Virus record (IMG/VR): IMGVR_UViG_3300046804_003469
Coordinates: 1 to 64,000 of that record
Reading direction: 5' to 3' (one strand)
DNA: 64,000 bases
The notes below the pieces were generated by a model. The model was not told the origin of the DNA and searched no databases. It saw only the letters and a program-made list of their open reading frames with translations. This document shows, piece by piece, positions 45,697 to 55,788 of this stretch (position 1 is the stretch's first letter; every line of letters begins with the position of its first letter). Made by a program: the position numbers and the translations under genes.

Positions 45697-46413
45697 ATGC
45701 CTTTACCAAAGATTTCTACACCAACTTATGAGTTGGAATTGCCTTCGACTGGACAATCAATTAAGTATCGTCCATTTTTAGTTAAAGAAGAAAAACTTTT
45801 AGTTCTTGCTTTAGAATCTGAAGATACAAAACAAATTACTAATGCTATTAAAACGGTAATTAAAAATTGTATCGAAACTAAAGGAATTAAAGTAGAACTA
45901 CTTCCCACGTTTGACATCGAATATCTTTTCTTAAATATTCGCGGCAAATCTGTAGGAGAAGAGATCGAAGTTAATATTATTTGTCCCGATGATGAAACAA
46001 CTACAGTTCCTGTAAAAATTAATATTGATGATATCAACGTAGAAAAGAAAGAAACACACGATAAGCATATTAAAGTTGATGATTCTATTATGATGGAAAT
46101 GAAATATCCATCATTAGATCAGTTTATTAAAAATAATTTTGATGTTTCATCGAGTAATATGGAACAATCATTTGATCTAATAGCATCATGCATTGATAAA
46201 ATTTACACTGATGATGAAGTGTGGGTTGCTGCGGATGTTACGAAAAAAGAATTGAGTGAATTCTTAGAACAAATGAATTCAGCACAGTTTAAAAAGATTG
46301 AAGAATTTTTTGAGACCATGCCAAAATTATCACATAAAGTAAAAGTTATAAATCCAAATACAGAAGTAGAAAATGAAGTTGTTCTTGAAGGGTTATCGAG
46401 TTTTTTCGTATAG
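45697..46413 (+). CDS. gp26: Baseplate hub assembly protein
   Basis: MPLPKI, YRPFLVKEEK.L, FDIEYLFLNIRGKSVGE, FFETMP, LEGL..FF. Confidence 0.9.
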   Translation: MPLPKISTPTYELELPSTGQSIKYRPFLVKEEKLLVLALESEDTKQITNAIKTVIKNCIETKGIKVELLPTFDIEYLFLNIRGKSVGEEIEVNIICPDDETTTVPVKINIDDINVEKKETHDKHIKVDDSIMMEMKYPSLDQFIKNNFDVSSSNMEQSFDLIASCIDKIYTDDEVWVAADVTKKELSEFLEQMNSAQFKKIEEFFETMPKLSHKVKVINPNTEVENEVVLEGLSSFFV

Positions 46414-46415
46414 GA

Positions 46416-46595
46416 ATGATCCATATGGATCTTGAAAATTATTTTAAATTAAATTTTTCCTTAATGCAGTATCATAAATACTCATTAACGGAGATTGAAA
46501 ATATGATTCCTTGGGAAAGGGATATCTATGTTGAACTTTTAAAACAGCATCTGGAAGACGAAAAACTCAAGCAGCAACAGCAAAATGCCAGATAA
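46416..46595 (+). CDS. gp51: Baseplate hub assembly catalyst (not in ORF track)
   Basis: LENYFKLNFSLMQYHKYSLTEIENMIPWERDIYV. Confidence 0.85.
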   Translation: MIHMDLENYFKLNFSLMQYHKYSLTEIENMIPWERDIYVELLKQHLEDEKLKQQQQNAR

Positions 46596-49152
46596 TATTA
46601 ATGTTAATTCAGAAGAACTCAATGAAGTAATACTTCGTTCATTAAAATTATCTGCTAATGCTGTATTATCATATCAACAATATTTTAATATTCTTAAAAA
46701 GAAAATTTCAATGTCAAATATGGCAGGCGGAAGTCTGCCAAGAGAAGAAGAAGAAATTTTAAGACAAGAATTATTAAGAGTTTTTAAACTTGGTACTGAA
46801 GGTAGAAAAAAGAAATTTAAAATTAAATCTAAAAAAGTAAAAGTTAGTAATAAAAAAACTAAAGAAAAGGCACCAACAAAAGAAGATCAGAAACAAAGAA
46901 GAACTGATGGTGGAGGAGCACTGGTAAAATCTGAAAAGAAACCTGCTTTTGTACAAAAATTTGTACCTACTAAAAAAGAAGATGATGCAGTTAAGCAATC
47001 ATTAGATGATATTCAAAGTTCATTAGATTCTATTGCAAATATATTATCTAAGGAATATAAGAATCAAAGAAAAATTGATGAATTGGGTAGAAGAAAAAAG
47101 GAAAACGAAAGAAGAAAGAAAAAAGAAGAATTACTTGAAGGTGCAACAAAACCAGTTATTAATGCTGTTAAAAGATTCTTATCTCCACTAAAATCATTCT
47201 GGGATAAATTAATTAATTTTATTACATACACTCTATTGGGAAGAGCATTTAATATGTTCTTGGAGTGGTCATCTAAACCAGAAAATAAAGAGAAATTAAA
47301 ATCTTTAGGTAACTTCTTAAAGACATGGTGGCCTACTCTTCTTGGCGCTTTTGTATTATTTGCAACTCCTCTGGGTGGATTTATTAGATCCGTTGTAGGA
47401 ACTGTAGCAAAATTAACGTTACAATTATCTAAATTTGCTATACCAAAATTACTGAGATTTATGACAAGTCCTGCTGGAATAGCATTAGGACTTGCAACTG
47501 CTGGCGCATGGGTTCCTGCAGTTGCACCACAAACTGTCAATGAGCAAGAAAGAAGAACTGATACTGCAAAGGGAAGTAAAGAAGATAAGATTAAACAATT
47601 AGAAACTCAAAAATCAAATTTAAATTGGTTCGAAAAACTTCAAGGAAAAGGTTCTGAAATTGATGAGCAACTTTATCATTTAAAAACTGGTAAAACAAAA
47701 TCATATGGTGGATTGTTTGGTCATGCATTTGGTGGAACTTTAGGATGGTATAGTGGATATAAGAAAGGTGGAATACCATCTTTCAGTGGTGTTGTAAATC
47801 ATAAAACAGGAAAAACAGTATCTGGTGCAGGACCTGATACACAAATGTTGCCGATGCAAGATGGTGGAGCAGTTGTTCTTCAAAGAGGAGAAACAGTTCT
47901 TCAAGTTGGTGCTCGTGAAAAAATTATAAAAGAAAAAGGATTTGATCCTTTAGAATATAATGTTGGAACAAATGCAAATAAACCAAGAAAAATATCCAGC
48001 AAAATCTTTAAGGCATCTGGAGGTGGTATATTAGGTTATGCTAATGGTGGAGTTATTGGTGGTAAACCAGACTTTTGGAAACTTGCTGCCTTAGCATCTA
48101 AAGAAGATAGTTTACATCCACAAGGACAAGCAGATGTAGCACAAGCAATTTATAATCGATCTGTTGCTGGTTCTTATCCTGGAGGAAAATCTATTGGTAA
48201 TATTGTTACAGCACCTGGACAATTTGCACCAACTTTTGGAAATCCTAGTGTGTGGAAATCAATTGTAGATAAGAGTTCAGCAATTGCTGCAGTAGGAAAT
48301 GCTGACAAACTTAACATGGCAGTTAAAAGTATAACTAATCCATCTTTGCAGCAAAATGCTAAATCCTTTGTTGGTGGAAGAACTGATTTTATGGGAGAAA
48401 GTCAGAAACCTTATATGAAACCAGGAGATGTTACAAGAGGAAGAGGATATAATTTCCATGGTTGGTTTTATGATACAAAATTAAAAAACCCAGCACCAAT
48501 TCCTGATATTATTAAATCACAACAAAAAACAACAGATTCAAAACCAAAACCAAAACAAGAACAAGAACCAAATATATTCCAAAAAATTTCTTCTGGTATT
48601 CAATCCATGTTTGGTGGGCAGAAAAAGAAGGATGGTGGATTGGTTGGAAATTCGGCAAAATTTTTGTCAGACATTGGAACATCGAAAGGAATGCAATGGA
48701 AGGGGCAAGAAAGTGCAATACAAAAACTTCTGGGTATTTCAATTCCTAAGTCAAATGGTAAATCATTTTCTGGATTGATTAAAGAAAATAGTGGAATGGA
48801 TATTCCAGGTGCTGGTAGAGATAGACAGCATCTTGATGGTGAACCTGGAGAATATGTATTAACGAAAAGAGTTGTTGATGAAATTGGAGTTAATAATCTA
48901 GATAGATTAGTTGCAATGATCGACAAAAATTCAAGTGCTGCTAAAAGAGGAAAAACAATTCCTGGACCACCAGTTGAAGATAATATGAGCAATAATATTA
49001 TTACTTTACCTCCTATTGTTAGATCATCTGCTGATATGTCAGTAAAATCTTCTAGAGATAGACGTGCTCCTCGTTTTTCTGCAACTTCTGGTATTAGAGA
49101 TAGAGTTAAAAAAGATATCGCTAATAGGTACGGTATAGTACACACATTCTAA
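46585..49152 (+). CDS. Tape-measure/hub-like protein with SleB-type cell-wall hydrolase domain
   Basis: Coiled coil, hydrophobic helices, Gly-rich segments; KE..QADVAQAIYNR..IVTAPGQF; follows gp26/gp51. Confidence 0.65.
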   Translation: MPDNINVNSEELNEVILRSLKLSANAVLSYQQYFNILKKKISMSNMAGGSLPREEEEILRQELLRVFKLGTEGRKKKFKIKSKKVKVSNKKTKEKAPTKEDQKQRRTDGGGALVKSEKKPAFVQKFVPTKKEDDAVKQSLDDIQSSLDSIANILSKEYKNQRKIDELGRRKKENERRKKKEELLEGATKPVINAVKRFLSPLKSFWDKLINFITYTLLGRAFNMFLEWSSKPENKEKLKSLGNFLKTWWPTLLGAFVLFATPLGGFIRSVVGTVAKLTLQLSKFAIPKLLRFMTSPAGIALGLATAGAWVPAVAPQTVNEQERRTDTAKGSKEDKIKQLETQKSNLNWFEKLQGKGSEIDEQLYHLKTGKTKSYGGLFGHAFGGTLGWYSGYKKGGIPSFSGVVNHKTGKTVSGAGPDTQMLPMQDGGAVVLQRGETVLQVGAREKIIKEKGFDPLEYNVGTNANKPRKISSKIFKASGGGILGYANGGVIGGKPDFWKLAALASKEDSLHPQGQADVAQAIYNRSVAGSYPGGKSIGNIVTAPGQFAPTFGNPSVWKSIVDKSSAIAAVGNADKLNMAVKSITNPSLQQNAKSFVGGRTDFMGESQKPYMKPGDVTRGRGYNFHGWFYDTKLKNPAPIPDIIKSQQKTTDSKPKPKQEQEPNIFQKISSGIQSMFGGQKKKDGGLVGNSAKFLSDIGTSKGMQWKGQESAIQKLLGISIPKSNGKSFSGLIKENSGMDIPGAGRDRQHLDGEPGEYVLTKRVVDEIGVNNLDRLVAMIDKNSSAAKRGKTIPGPPVEDNMSNNIITLPPIVRSSADMSVKSSRDRRAPRFSATSGIRDRVKKDIANRYGIVHTF

Positions 49153-49161
49153 AATAAGTAA

Positions 49162-51966
49162 ATGGCACCAAAACTTTTACCATCATCAAAATCATCTTCA
49201 ATTATTAAATCTAAAAAAGTTTCCGCGTCAAAATTCATGGGAACTGGTAAAAGTTCTGGTGCATTAATCAAATCAGATAAAGGTAGTTCGTTAGTTCAAG
49301 GTATTATTGGCGTAAAAGTCAAAGTTATCAATGTTGAAAAATTAATTCAAAATAAACTTTTATTAGAATCTAAAGAAAGAAAAGATAAAAGGAAAGAAGA
49401 TGAGAATAACAAAAGAGAAGAAAACAAAAAGAAATTAAAAAAGAAAAAAACACAATTCAAATCTTCTATACTTGGATCAGTATTATCAAAGATTACATTA
49501 ATCGATGAAATTAATAGGTTTATACTTTTCACACTTTTGGGATTTATTTACAATAATATTAAAGGATTTATTCCGCAACTTATACAATTTACAAAATACC
49601 TTGCTCCAGTAGGAAAATTTTTTGAATTTTTAGTTGGTAATTTCTTTGAAAATATTGTCAATTTAATTGATTTTGGAGACAAAGCCTATAAACGAATTAG
49701 AGATATATCAAAAGGAATTGGTGGAGAACCTTTCGCAAAAGGATTTGATGATTTTACAAGTAATCTAACTAAATTTGTTAATCTTGCTCTCATTGTTGGA
49801 ATGGCAACGATGGGTGGTCCTAATGTTAAAAAGCAAGGATCAACTACAACAGGAGGAGTTAGATTAAAACCTGGAGAAGGTGGAAGACCAAGAGTTACTA
49901 AAAGTGGTGGTGGTCGTGCTGGTGGTATTGATATTAGAAATCCTTTTAGAGAAAGACCAAAAGTATCTACAAGTGGTGGTAGAACTGCTGGGGAATTTGA
50001 GTTTAGAAATCCATTAAGACAAAGACCAAAAATAACTGGAGATGTTGCCGAAGGAATTGGTGGAAGAATTGCTAAAGGTGCTGGAAGATTTAGTAAAATA
50101 GGAACTAAAGGTATTCCTTTAATAGGACCTCTAATTGATATTGCAATTCGTACATTAATATTCCATGAACCACTTGGAAAAGCAGCAGCAGGTGCTGCAG
50201 GTGCTGCTGTAGGACAAGCAATTGGTGGATGGGTTGGTGGCACAATTGGTGGAATTGCTGGATCAGTTGTACCAATTATTGGTAATATACTTGGAGGTGC
50301 TGCTGGAGTAACTGTAGGTCAATTGCTTGGGGGATTATTAGGAGATCAATTAGGTGTAGCTTTGTATGATACAATTATGTATTATGCAAATAAATCAGGT
50401 AAAAATGTTACTGGACATGCTGGAGGTGGAAAAGTATCTACAAGAAAAGGACAAATTGTTGGTGGAGAAATAAAAAGAAGTCTGAAAAAAACTTCTAGAA
50501 AAAAAGTTACCCCACCAGCACCACAGAAAACTATTCCAGGAAAAGATATTGGTGGATTTAGAGAAATAGAAAAAATATTTCCATATCCTCCAGAGAGTCA
50601 AAAGATAGTTAGTCCTTTAGGGACAATTATAAAATCTTCAAAAACAGTTAAAGAGATTCCACTTGTTGGTGGAATTATGGGTATTGCTTTGGATCTCGTC
50701 ATGGGTCAAAAACCAGACAGGGTTTCATATGAAAATTTTGGTGTATCTATTGGAAATTTAATTGGGCAACTTGTCAATAAAGATATTAGACTAACATTTA
50801 ATGATATAAGAAAATCTATTATTGGAATGGCAAACGGTGGAGAATTAGATATAAATCTTGAAGATCAATCATACATGATTGGAGAAACAATAGGAAATAT
50901 GATAAGTTCCGTAATTGGAAGATTAATAGATGATAGAATTACTGATATTATCAAAAATATATCTTTAGAATTATCCAAAAAACCACTTAAACTTGAGAAC
51001 GAACAACTGAGAACTGGAGGAGAACAGGGAGCGGGACCAGAAGGACCTGCAGATTTTAGTGGTTCTTCAGGTGCAGAAAAGGCAATGCATTATTTGATGT
51101 CTCAAGGTTTATCTGCTGCCGCTGCTGCTGGAATTGCAGGAAACTTAATGCAAGAATCTGGATTTAATCCAGCAGCAGATAATGGTGGTCACCATGGAAT
51201 AGCGCAGTGGGATAAATCAGTTAGATGGCCAAGAGTTTCTGCTTATATTCGTTCTGTTGGTATGAATCCAGAATCTTTAGAAGGACAATTAGTTGGATTA
51301 AAATGGGAAGCACAAGGTCCAGAAAAACCTTCTTGGACTAGTGTTTCTAATGCAAGCACTGCAGAACAAGCTGCCGCTATTTGGTTAAAAGTTTTTGAAA
51401 GATCTGGCGAGAAACCAGGCATGAGAGGATATGATAATAGAATAATCCATGCGAAAGACTTATTCTCAAAATATGGAAGTTATACTCCAAAAGGTGGATA
51501 TGATTTAAAAGGAACTGGTGTACAAAAAATTATAGATCTTGGTAAAAGACTTCTCACACAAGGATACTATGTTGGTTATAATAAATTCTTTGATGGTTAC
51601 AGATATGTTCCTCAAGGAACCGCATATGTTGGAACACATACTCCAGGAAGTTTGCATTATTCTGCTCGTGCTTTGGATATATCTGGAGTTGGTGCTGAAA
51701 AATTAGATCAACTTTACTCTCAATTAAAAGGAACAAATCCAACACAATTGATATGGAGAGCTCCAGGACATTATGATCACTTACATATTGCATATAAAGA
51801 TGGTGGTTTAATTGCAGATACTAAAAAGAAAGATTATAGTTCACTTCAAATGAACACTTCTTATGAAAAATCTTCTAAAGTAAAATATGTGATTACTCCA
51901 ATAATATATGAAAAACAAATTAAAGTTTCTGCAAATAAAAGCAGAGTTTTAGATTTTGGTGATTAA
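49162..51966 (+). CDS. Second tape-measure-like protein with tail-lysozyme domain and His-rich peptidase-like domain
   Basis: Glycine zipper; AAAGIAGNLMQESGFNP..GIAQW..FERSG; SLHYSARALD..HYDHLHIA. Confidence 0.65.
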   Translation: MAPKLLPSSKSSSIIKSKKVSASKFMGTGKSSGALIKSDKGSSLVQGIIGVKVKVINVEKLIQNKLLLESKERKDKRKEDENNKREENKKKLKKKKTQFKSSILGSVLSKITLIDEINRFILFTLLGFIYNNIKGFIPQLIQFTKYLAPVGKFFEFLVGNFFENIVNLIDFGDKAYKRIRDISKGIGGEPFAKGFDDFTSNLTKFVNLALIVGMATMGGPNVKKQGSTTTGGVRLKPGEGGRPRVTKSGGGRAGGIDIRNPFRERPKVSTSGGRTAGEFEFRNPLRQRPKITGDVAEGIGGRIAKGAGRFSKIGTKGIPLIGPLIDIAIRTLIFHEPLGKAAAGAAGAAVGQAIGGWVGGTIGGIAGSVVPIIGNILGGAAGVTVGQLLGGLLGDQLGVALYDTIMYYANKSGKNVTGHAGGGKVSTRKGQIVGGEIKRSLKKTSRKKVTPPAPQKTIPGKDIGGFREIEKIFPYPPESQKIVSPLGTIIKSSKTVKEIPLVGGIMGIALDLVMGQKPDRVSYENFGVSIGNLIGQLVNKDIRLTFNDIRKSIIGMANGGELDINLEDQSYMIGETIGNMISSVIGRLIDDRITDIIKNISLELSKKPLKLENEQLRTGGEQGAGPEGPADFSGSSGAEKAMHYLMSQGLSAAAAAGIAGNLMQESGFNPAADNGGHHGIAQWDKSVRWPRVSAYIRSVGMNPESLEGQLVGLKWEAQGPEKPSWTSVSNASTAEQAAAIWLKVFERSGEKPGMRGYDNRIIHAKDLFSKYGSYTPKGGYDLKGTGVQKIIDLGKRLLTQGYYVGYNKFFDGYRYVPQGTAYVGTHTPGSLHYSARALDISGVGAEKLDQLYSQLKGTNPTQLIWRAPGHYDHLHIAYKDGGLIADTKKKDYSSLQMNTSYEKSSKVKYVITPIIYEKQIKVSANKSRVLDFGD

Positions 51967-51992
51967 ATAATAATATCTAACTTGTAAAAATA

Positions 51993-53333
51993 ATGGGTGC
52001 TAATAAGGCTGCCGAATCTTCTAATATAACTTTGTTTGATGTTTATTCAAACTATGGGAAAAAGATCTCAGTATTAGGAGGAGTAAGTGAATTATATTAT
52101 CATGAAAGTATATTAGATCATACTGTTATTGTTCACGCTACTATAACAGATAGTGGACATAGAGAGAGTGGATCTGGTTATGCTATGATGGAAAAGAAAG
52201 ATGTTAATTTAACCGCTGGTGAAAAAGTAGAATTACAATTAGTTGATAACTACAATCAAAAGTTAACTCTTACTGGAAATCATCATCTAAGAATTTTACA
52301 AACCAGGAATGTTTTAGAGCACGGAAGAAAAGCATCTTATACTCTTGATCTCTATTCAAAAGAAGCGATGGATCATCATCTTTTAGAGACTAGAGTTACA
52401 AAAAGATATGATGGAAAAATTCCAGATTCAGTTTATAAAATTCTAAAACAAGATTGCTTAAAGACTCCAAAACCAGTTGAAGTTGATCCAGGATTAAATG
52501 AATTTAATTTTCTTGGGCATGTTGAAAAACCATTTGATGTCATTCATTCTTTAGCACCAAAATGTGTACCTGATGGAATGCCAAATGCACTTGGAAATCT
52601 TGCAGGTTATTTCTTTTATGAAACTGGTGGAACATCGGGTGGATTTAAATTTAAATCAATTGATAAATTATTTTCTAAAAAAGCAGCAAGAAAATTAATT
52701 AGCAATAATACAACTGGATTACCACCTGGATATAATGCAAAAATATTAGATTACTTTTTCGATAGCACTTTCAATATGCAACATCAGTTACTAACTGGTG
52801 GATTGTTTCAAACTGAACTGAGAACTTTTGATCCATATTATCATAAGTATGAAGGAGACAAAGAGAAAGCATTTAATTACAAGTCTCAGTTGACTTCAAA
52901 AAATATAGGTGGAACAGAAACTCCCAAACTTGCATCAGATCTTAGTTATCAAAGCAAATCAACAAGAACATCAACTAAATTTAAAGATACTGGTGTTCTT
53001 CCCAAAGGAAAAAATCTCAAAGAACAATTAAAAAAGTCTAAGGAAGTAAACTTTGATATTGACAAAATTGTTAGACAATCTTATATGAGATATAATAATC
53101 TGTACTCAGTAAAACTTTCTATTACAATTCCTGGAGATTTTGGATTGCATGTTGGTGACTTAGTTCATTGTGATTTTCAAGAAATATCTGATGCACAAGA
53201 ACCATCTTATAGTGACAAGAAAAGTGGTCTATATATGATAGTAGATTTATGTCACCTCATACGATCATTCCCTGGTCAAAGTTACACTAGATTAAATTTA
53301 GTGAGAGAATCTATCGGCAGGAAATCATTCTAA
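51993..53333 (+). CDS. Baseplate hub-like (gp27-type) structural protein
   Basis: YHESI, GYFFYET, FKSID.L, IPGDFGLHVGD, SGLYMI..LCH; precedes gp5. Confidence 0.6.
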   Translation: MGANKAAESSNITLFDVYSNYGKKISVLGGVSELYYHESILDHTVIVHATITDSGHRESGSGYAMMEKKDVNLTAGEKVELQLVDNYNQKLTLTGNHHLRILQTRNVLEHGRKASYTLDLYSKEAMDHHLLETRVTKRYDGKIPDSVYKILKQDCLKTPKPVEVDPGLNEFNFLGHVEKPFDVIHSLAPKCVPDGMPNALGNLAGYFFYETGGTSGGFKFKSIDKLFSKKAARKLISNNTTGLPPGYNAKILDYFFDSTFNMQHQLLTGGLFQTELRTFDPYYHKYEGDKEKAFNYKSQLTSKNIGGTETPKLASDLSYQSKSTRTSTKFKDTGVLPKGKNLKEQLKKSKEVNFDIDKIVRQSYMRYNNLYSVKLSITIPGDFGLHVGDLVHCDFQEISDAQEPSYSDKKSGLYMIVDLCHLIRSFPGQSYTRLNLVRESIGRKSF

Positions 53334-53335
53334 CT

Positions 53336-53551
53336 ATGGAAAAATCAATTCAGCAACACATCAATGATGATAAGGATCAATTAGATGATCCAAATACTAG
53401 TTCTCAACGTCGTCGTCATTTAGAAGATGAACTTGATGCATTAGAAAAGTATCAAGTTAATCATCCAGATGATGATCATGATCCAACAGGATTGGAATTA
53501 TATTGTGATGCACATCCAGATGCCCTTGAATGTAGAGTATACGAAGATTAA
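53336..53551 (+). CDS. cp12: CP12 Calvin-cycle regulator, phage type
   Basis: LELYCDAHPDALECRVYED C-terminus. Confidence 0.9.
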   Translation: MEKSIQQHINDDKDQLDDPNTSSQRRRHLEDELDALEKYQVNHPDDDHDPTGLELYCDAHPDALECRVYED

Positions 53552-55788
53552 TGTTTTATCAAGAAAGTTCCAGTTTTAATTCTCAAAATATTGCTGACAA
53601 TCCAATCTGGGTTGGACAAATTGTTAATGATATAACTTGGAAAGATAATGAAAAAAGAGAAAAATGGGATACTCCTCAGGATATCCCAGGTTTTGGATCC
53701 AGATATAAAGTAGCAATTATTGGAAGACATGATCCAGGTAAAGCAGTTCCAGACGATCAACTGGAAATGTCTGAAGTTTGTTATCCAGTAACTGCAGGAT
53801 CTGGTCATGCTGGAAGTCATCAAACATCTAATTTGAGAGCAGGAACTTTTGTAATTGGAACATATAAAGATTGGCCTGAAAAAAGAGAACCTATTATCAT
53901 AGGATGTTTAGGTAACAATGATCAAACCAGATTAGCATCTAAAGATCCACCCAAATCTTTTACACCTTTTAGTGCTTATCTTGTTAGTGGATTACCAGTG
54001 GCATGTTATTCAATGCCAACTTATAATGCTCCACCAAAAGAAGGTGGCACAGGTTCAAATGCACTCGGTAATACTGAGGCAGATAAACAACAATTAAAAG
54101 ATGGACAAACAAAAACAGGATTGGATAATCCATCAAGATGTGAAGCAACTCCACTTCGAGGAATACAATTAAAGATACAAAATTTAATTAAAGATTTAGA
54201 AAAAGTAAAAGGAAAACTGAATAGTTGGGAAACTGCTGCATTAAAACCGATTATGTTCCGTGGACAACAAATGAGTCCACAAGAATATATTCAACAAAAA
54301 ATTGCTGATGCATCCAAAGATATTGCTTGTTTTGTAAAAACGATTATTGATTGGGTTAGAGATTATGTAATTAGAAAAGTAAATAATACACTTAAAGATA
54401 CTTATTATTTGTTCATGCCTAATGAAAGGCCTGCTGTGAAGAAAGCGCAAAACAAAGCATTAGAACTTTTGTCTTGTCTTTTTAATAAAATCATTTCTAA
54501 TCTTCTACAAATGATTGGAAAGTTTCTTCTCCAATGCGTAGATAGATTTATTAATACACCATTATGTGCGGTTGAAAATTTTATTGGTGGACTTCTTGGA
54601 AAACTTGGAGGATTAATTAGTGGATTTGTAGATTCTATTTTAGGTCCAATTCAATCTTTGGTTGGTTCTGCATTCAGTTTAGCGGGACAAATTATTGGGT
54701 TCTTACAACAGATCCTTGGATTCTTCCTTTGTGAAGAGACACCAGCATGTGCAGAAGTTAAAGAGTGGAGTATTTGGGATGGTGCTGGAACAAATTCATC
54801 AGGTTTATCACTCAATTTAGATAATGTTTTTAATGCTGCCAAAGATCTTGGAGCAAACATTGCAAAAGTATCTGATCCAAATAACTATGACTTTGGAGGT
54901 ATGGATTTTAGTGATGTATTTAAAGATACTTGTAATGTTGGTCCAGTTCTTTGCGGACCTCCCACAGTTTCTTTCTTTGGTGGTGGAGGATCTGGAGCAG
55001 CAGGTAATGCAATTATTGGTGCTGCTGGTCAAATATTGGGGGTTGACATTACTGCATATGGACAAAATTATACAAGTGCTCCAACAGTCGCATTTTTTGA
55101 TAGTTGTGGCAAGGGACAAGGTGCAGTTGGGACGGTAAATATAGGAACTGTTCCTGTACCTGGCGCTGGAACTGGCGGTGGAACAGATGGTGGAACAGGT
55201 GATACTACGACTGGTGTTGTTGGTGTCACAATTATAGAACCTGGAACTGGATATATACCATCACCAGATGGAAGTTTGGGAGGAGATGGTAGAACTTGGG
55301 CAGAACCTGGAGATACGGTAGTTAAACATGAAGATGGAACTTATGATCCTCCATACAAACCAGGAGACATCATAAATACAGTACCTGGAGATGAAGTAAC
55401 AGAAGTAGGAATCAATACATACAGAGGAGATCAACCAGGACTTGGAGATGGGTCATATCCTGTTCTTTTACAAGTGTGTAAGATTTCTGTCATTAATCCT
55501 GGAGTTAGATATAGTGCTTCAGATAAGGTTATCGTGACACCAAATAATGGAATTGAGGCATCTTTAGTGATTGGATCTCAAGGAACAATTGATTCAATTA
55601 AAGTTACGAATTGTGGAGTAGGTTATACAGAATATCCAGAAATAACAATAGAAACTGAAACTGGATATAACGGAAAACTTATACCAGAAATAGATATTAT
55701 TAGAGTTGGTGATAATCCTAGAATACCAGAAACTGTTCCATCTCCAGATCAAATCATTCACGTTATAGATTGTGTAGGTAGAATCTAA
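53551..55788 (+). CDS. gp5: Baseplate spike gp5 N-terminal OB-fold protein
   Basis: WVGQI, RYKVAIIGRH, V.G..PIIIG.LG; no lysozyme motif seen. Confidence 0.65.
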   Translation: MFYQESSSFNSQNIADNPIWVGQIVNDITWKDNEKREKWDTPQDIPGFGSRYKVAIIGRHDPGKAVPDDQLEMSEVCYPVTAGSGHAGSHQTSNLRAGTFVIGTYKDWPEKREPIIIGCLGNNDQTRLASKDPPKSFTPFSAYLVSGLPVACYSMPTYNAPPKEGGTGSNALGNTEADKQQLKDGQTKTGLDNPSRCEATPLRGIQLKIQNLIKDLEKVKGKLNSWETAALKPIMFRGQQMSPQEYIQQKIADASKDIACFVKTIIDWVRDYVIRKVNNTLKDTYYLFMPNERPAVKKAQNKALELLSCLFNKIISNLLQMIGKFLLQCVDRFINTPLCAVENFIGGLLGKLGGLISGFVDSILGPIQSLVGSAFSLAGQIIGFLQQILGFFLCEETPACAEVKEWSIWDGAGTNSSGLSLNLDNVFNAAKDLGANIAKVSDPNNYDFGGMDFSDVFKDTCNVGPVLCGPPTVSFFGGGGSGAAGNAIIGAAGQILGVDITAYGQNYTSAPTVAFFDSCGKGQGAVGTVNIGTVPVPGAGTGGGTDGGTGDTTTGVVGVTIIEPGTGYIPSPDGSLGGDGRTWAEPGDTVVKHEDGTYDPPYKPGDIINTVPGDEVTEVGINTYRGDQPGLGDGSYPVLLQVCKISVINPGVRYSASDKVIVTPNNGIEASLVIGSQGTIDSIKVTNCGVGYTEYPEITIETETGYNGKLIPEIDIIRVGDNPRIPETVPSPDQIIHVIDCVGRI

